Shown here piece after piece: positions 60,991 to 64,000 of a stretch of 64,000 nt of DNA. The number at the start of each line of letters is the position of its first letter. Positions within the stretch are counted from its first letter, which is position 1. The stretch lies in assembly GCA_038087875.1 (NCBI GenBank), contig JAXLNO010003783.1, forward strand, positions 62,001 to 126,000. Direction: 5' to 3'. This DNA is from Malacoraja senta (Eukaryota). Both the position numbers and the translations under genes were made by a program. The notes beneath the pieces are model-generated. The model was not told the DNA's origin, did no database searches, and was given only the letters and a program-made list of their open reading frames with translations.

Positions 60991-61257
60991 TTTCCCCTGA
61001 GGTCACTCTCGCTGCCCGCCCTGATGATCATTCAGTCCTGTACTGCACTGTGTTTGGATTTTACCCACCAGCCATCAATGTCAGCTGGTTGCAGAATGGT
61101 CAACATGTCCCTGAGACCAAATCTTCTGGGGTCATACCCAACAACGATGGAACATATCATCTAAAGTCTGTCCTTGAGTATGATCCGTATGATGGGAAAC
61201 AGTATTCCTGTCATGTCGATCACAGCAGCCTGCCCGATGGGAAGACCATGATCTGGG
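60991..61257 (+). CDS. MHC class I exon 4, alpha3 Ig C1-set domain
   Basis: Acceptor ttgtAG at 60989-90, donor g|GTAAG at 61258, 267 nt. Reads VSPEVTLAARPDDHSVLYCTVFGFYPPAINVSWLQNG...PNNDGTYHLKSVLEY...YSCHVDHSSLPDGKTMIW. Confidence 0.95.
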
Positions 61258-61589
61258 GTAAGAACGTTAAATATTCTTTCATAGATAATCATTATCTTCT
61301 GTTGTTTCCATTTTAATCATTGTGACTACATCCCATATTCCAAGATGCTTAAACTTTCTTTGTTTAGTGGTGTTGCTCTAAGCAATCACATAATCAGCAC
61401 CCACTCTCCACATGAGCAGAAGACTTTGTCAACAGAAAATTTATCAAAAGTAAATAAATAACTAATATACAAGGAAGGAGTATTTGAGATTCTCAGTGGT
61501 GGAACTGAAATCCATGAAAGGTATGTTTAAATAAAAAATGAATCTTTCCTCATGATGTGATTAACAGCAAGGCACTGGGGGAGTACATG

Positions 61590-62290
61590 CCCCAATCCAA
61601 ATCAATGGTCCGAAGTGGAAATGATTGAGAGCTTCATGTTCCTTGGCATGAATATATCCAATATTCGGTCATGGACTGGCCACATAGCCAAGGAGGCACA
61701 CCAACATCTCTACTTCCTCAGGAGACTGAGAATATTCATCATGTCTCTGGTGACTCTAGCAAACATCTATTGATGCTGCTAGAGAAAGCATGTTGTTGGG
61801 TTGCATCACATCTTGATTTGGGAACTGCACTGCCCAAGACTGCAAGAATATACAAAGAGTTAAAGATCATCACACAGCCCAGACTTCCCACTATTGATTC
61901 AGTCTACACCAGGTTGCCTTGGAAAACGAGACTTATCCCACCCCGGTCATTCCTCCTTCCTGCTCCCATCAGGCAATAGGTACAGAAAGTTGAAAGTATA
62001 CACTGCCACTCAGGAACACCCCCTTTCCATCTGTTAAGAGGCTTCGGAAGGGTCCTTCCATAATGTAGGTTTAATGCCCGATTCACCTCAACCTCATTGC
62101 ACATTGAACATTGTCCATGGAACTGATGCGTTACAATGCTGAGAACGATATTCTGTACTCTGTATCCTCCTCTTTGCTCTATCTATTGTTTTTGAGTTTG
62201 TATTTATGTATAGTTTTATCATTTGTTTGGATAGCATACAAAACAAACCTTTGCACTGTATCTTGAAACATCTGGCATTAATAAAACAAA
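61590..62290 (+). mobile_element. Degenerate Rex1/Babar-type LINE 3' fragment
   Basis: atgattgagagcttcatgttccttggc...ccaacatctctacttcctcaggagactgag; same family as 9985-10700. Confidence 0.7.
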
Positions 62291-63940
62291 ACCGAATGAA
62301 GTAAGTTCCCTGACGCAAGTTACAGATTCAGCAACGAAAAATATAACTGCCTGACAAACAGCGATCATACTAGTTTGATTCCAGGTATGCTGCACTAACC
62401 TACACAAATGTCCACTTTTGAAGATCCCCTCGAACAATGCACAACTAAGGAATCTGATGTTTCACTCTGAAAACTGTTGACATACTCCAGGAACTTAATT
62501 TCCAACCTATCTATGTATCATCAGCAATCTAGGCTACAGCGCCATCAATCCCTTCATCTGCTCTTAATACCAACGATAAGTAGTTCACTTTCTTGCATTG
62601 ATTCCCAACCTGCAGTTGCAGTTTCCCAACCTGAACACTCCTTTAAGACAACTCTCTGCTTGCTCTTAATTGTTTTTTCCATTCATGCTAATTATTACCC
62701 CCAATGTCATAAGCCTTTGCAACACTTGATTGATATCTTATGAAAATCCAGATATTGTGGCGACATCTGGTGGTCAGGCCACTTATTGCTAGAACCCTCG
62801 TCAGGGGAGCTGGGACTATCATGTGACAGGGTTTTGGTGGGAGTTGGTGATGAGTTAATCGGCAGTCAACTGGTGTGCCCGATTACAACGGCAGGAACTT
62901 TGCTCAAGTCGTTACTAAACGCGAGTGGGCCAAAACTGTATTTCTTTAAAAAAACATTGATTTGTTCACGACATTTGGATCTCTACAATATATTGTATTT
63001 CTTTTGTTTCTCATTCCAATTTTGTTACCTATTCTGCTTTTCCATCATTTTGTTTTTGAATTTTAGACTGCACACCTGCTGCTCGAATATACATTGTCTA
63101 CGGGTTCCTGTTGCATTTTCAAAGAATTCTAATCAATTTCTCAAACAAAGTTTGAAGAAGGGTCCCAAAACGAAACGTCACCTCTCCATGTGTAAGAAGA
63201 AACTGCAAATGCTGGTTTACACCGAAGATGGACACAAATTGCTGGAATAACTCAGCTGATCAGCCAGCATCTCTGGAGAAAAGGAATAGGTGATGAATCC
63301 ATGTTCGCCAGAGATGCTGCCTGTTCCGCTGAGTTACTCCAGCATTTTGTGTCTATCATGTATATTCTTTCCACTGACTGATTAGCACGTAACAAAAGCT
63401 TTTCACTGTACCTCAATACATGTGACAATAAACTAAACTAAAGCTTTTGTGTAAATCAGTATTTGCATCTCTTTCTTTCTACAATTTTCCTGTTAATGCC
63501 CTGATAATGCACTTTATTGTTTTGTTATTATTTAAATGTTCTGCCATTATTGAAAGGAATCCAGCATTTCCCCCAAAACAAATGTTAGTTTATATAGGGT
63601 TAAAGTTTTCTGCTTCCAATTCACCTTCTTTCTTGAATTAAGTTGTGGCTGTGATGGTGCCATAGATCATAGAGTTGTACAAAACATATATTGTCCCTTT
63701 GCCATGCTGCAGAACTCCGTGATTCAAAGCACCATATCTTCTTATATACCTTGAAAAGCGCCAAAGATAGACACAAAATGCTGGAGTAACTCAGCGGTCA
63801 GGTAACATCTCTAGAGAAAAGGAATAGGTGGCATTTCTGGTCGAGACCCTTCTTCACTCTGAAGTCTTCAGACAGTGCCCATCTATTTAGCTGCACAGCT
63901 TAACAATTGATTTGTAAAATTATGCATTCTTATTTTTCAG

Positions 63941-64000
63941 AAGGAAATAGGAAGAAAGACAGGCACATAGGCCTTATTGCCGTGTGTGTGCTGATATTGC
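63941..64000 (+). CDS. MHC class I exon 5, connecting peptide and transmembrane start (truncated by window end)
   Basis: Acceptor tttttcAG at 63939-40. Phase-1 reading (E)GNRKKDRHIGLIAVCVLIL. Confidence 0.8.

Larger units (their letters stand above)
14697..64000 (+). pseudogene. Non-classical MHC class I heavy-chain gene, 5 exons visible (leader, alpha1, alpha2, alpha3, TM start); disrupted as assembled
   Basis: Five exons are colinear with phase-1 GT donors. The reconstructed protein has a signal peptide, class I alpha1/alpha2 motifs, a C1-set alpha3 and a TM segment. There is a frameshift in alpha1 and a non-AG acceptor at alpha2. Lineage (UAA/UBA/UCA/UDA etc.) cannot be assigned without a phylogeny. 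Confidence 0.9.

Noticed and set aside
61366-61385. Alternative TM exon after tttag at about 61367
   Set aside because: It reaches a stop within about 5 codons. The exon at 63941 gives a proper connecting peptide and TM.
62786-63250. 154-aa ORF in intron 4, and a possible LTR-like start (tgtggcgac) at about 62755
   Set aside because: No recognisable domain, low-complexity second half running into a PLE end, and no paired LTR or TSD found.

Overview
This is eukaryotic, repeat-dense genomic DNA from a cartilaginous fish, most likely a skate or ray. That is inferred from HE1/V-SINEs, HER1/CR1 LINEs and shark-type class I sequence, not proven. One host gene is present: a non-classical MHC class I heavy-chain gene on the + strand. 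It has a leader exon (14697-14748), alpha1 (38678-38936), alpha2 (54526-54801), alpha3 (60991-61257) and a TM exon starting at 63941 that runs off the window. As assembled it carries two lesions: a 2-nt frameshift at the start of alpha1 and an AG>AT acceptor change at alpha2. It is therefore either a recent pseudogene/null allele or has assembly errors. The rest is transposon-derived: CR1, Rex1/Babar, L1/Tx1, L2 and RTE LINE fragments, about 20 tRNA-derived V-SINEs, Penelope-like elements (PLE, GIY-YIG), a Buster-type hAT with nested elements, TTAA/Kolobok-type MITEs, a non-autonomous Helitron and a DIRS recombinase relic. The most striking unexplained structure is a family of short PLE-derived units carrying minimal type-I hammerhead ribozyme cores (CUGAAGA-A-stem II-GAAA-CGUH). 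They occur as TSD-flanked ~100-nt solo insertions, a tandem trimer, head-to-head fold-backs centred on the ribozyme, and an insertion into another element's ribozyme core. TE boundaries are approximate unless TSD/TIR positions are quoted. No database searches or folding computations were run.
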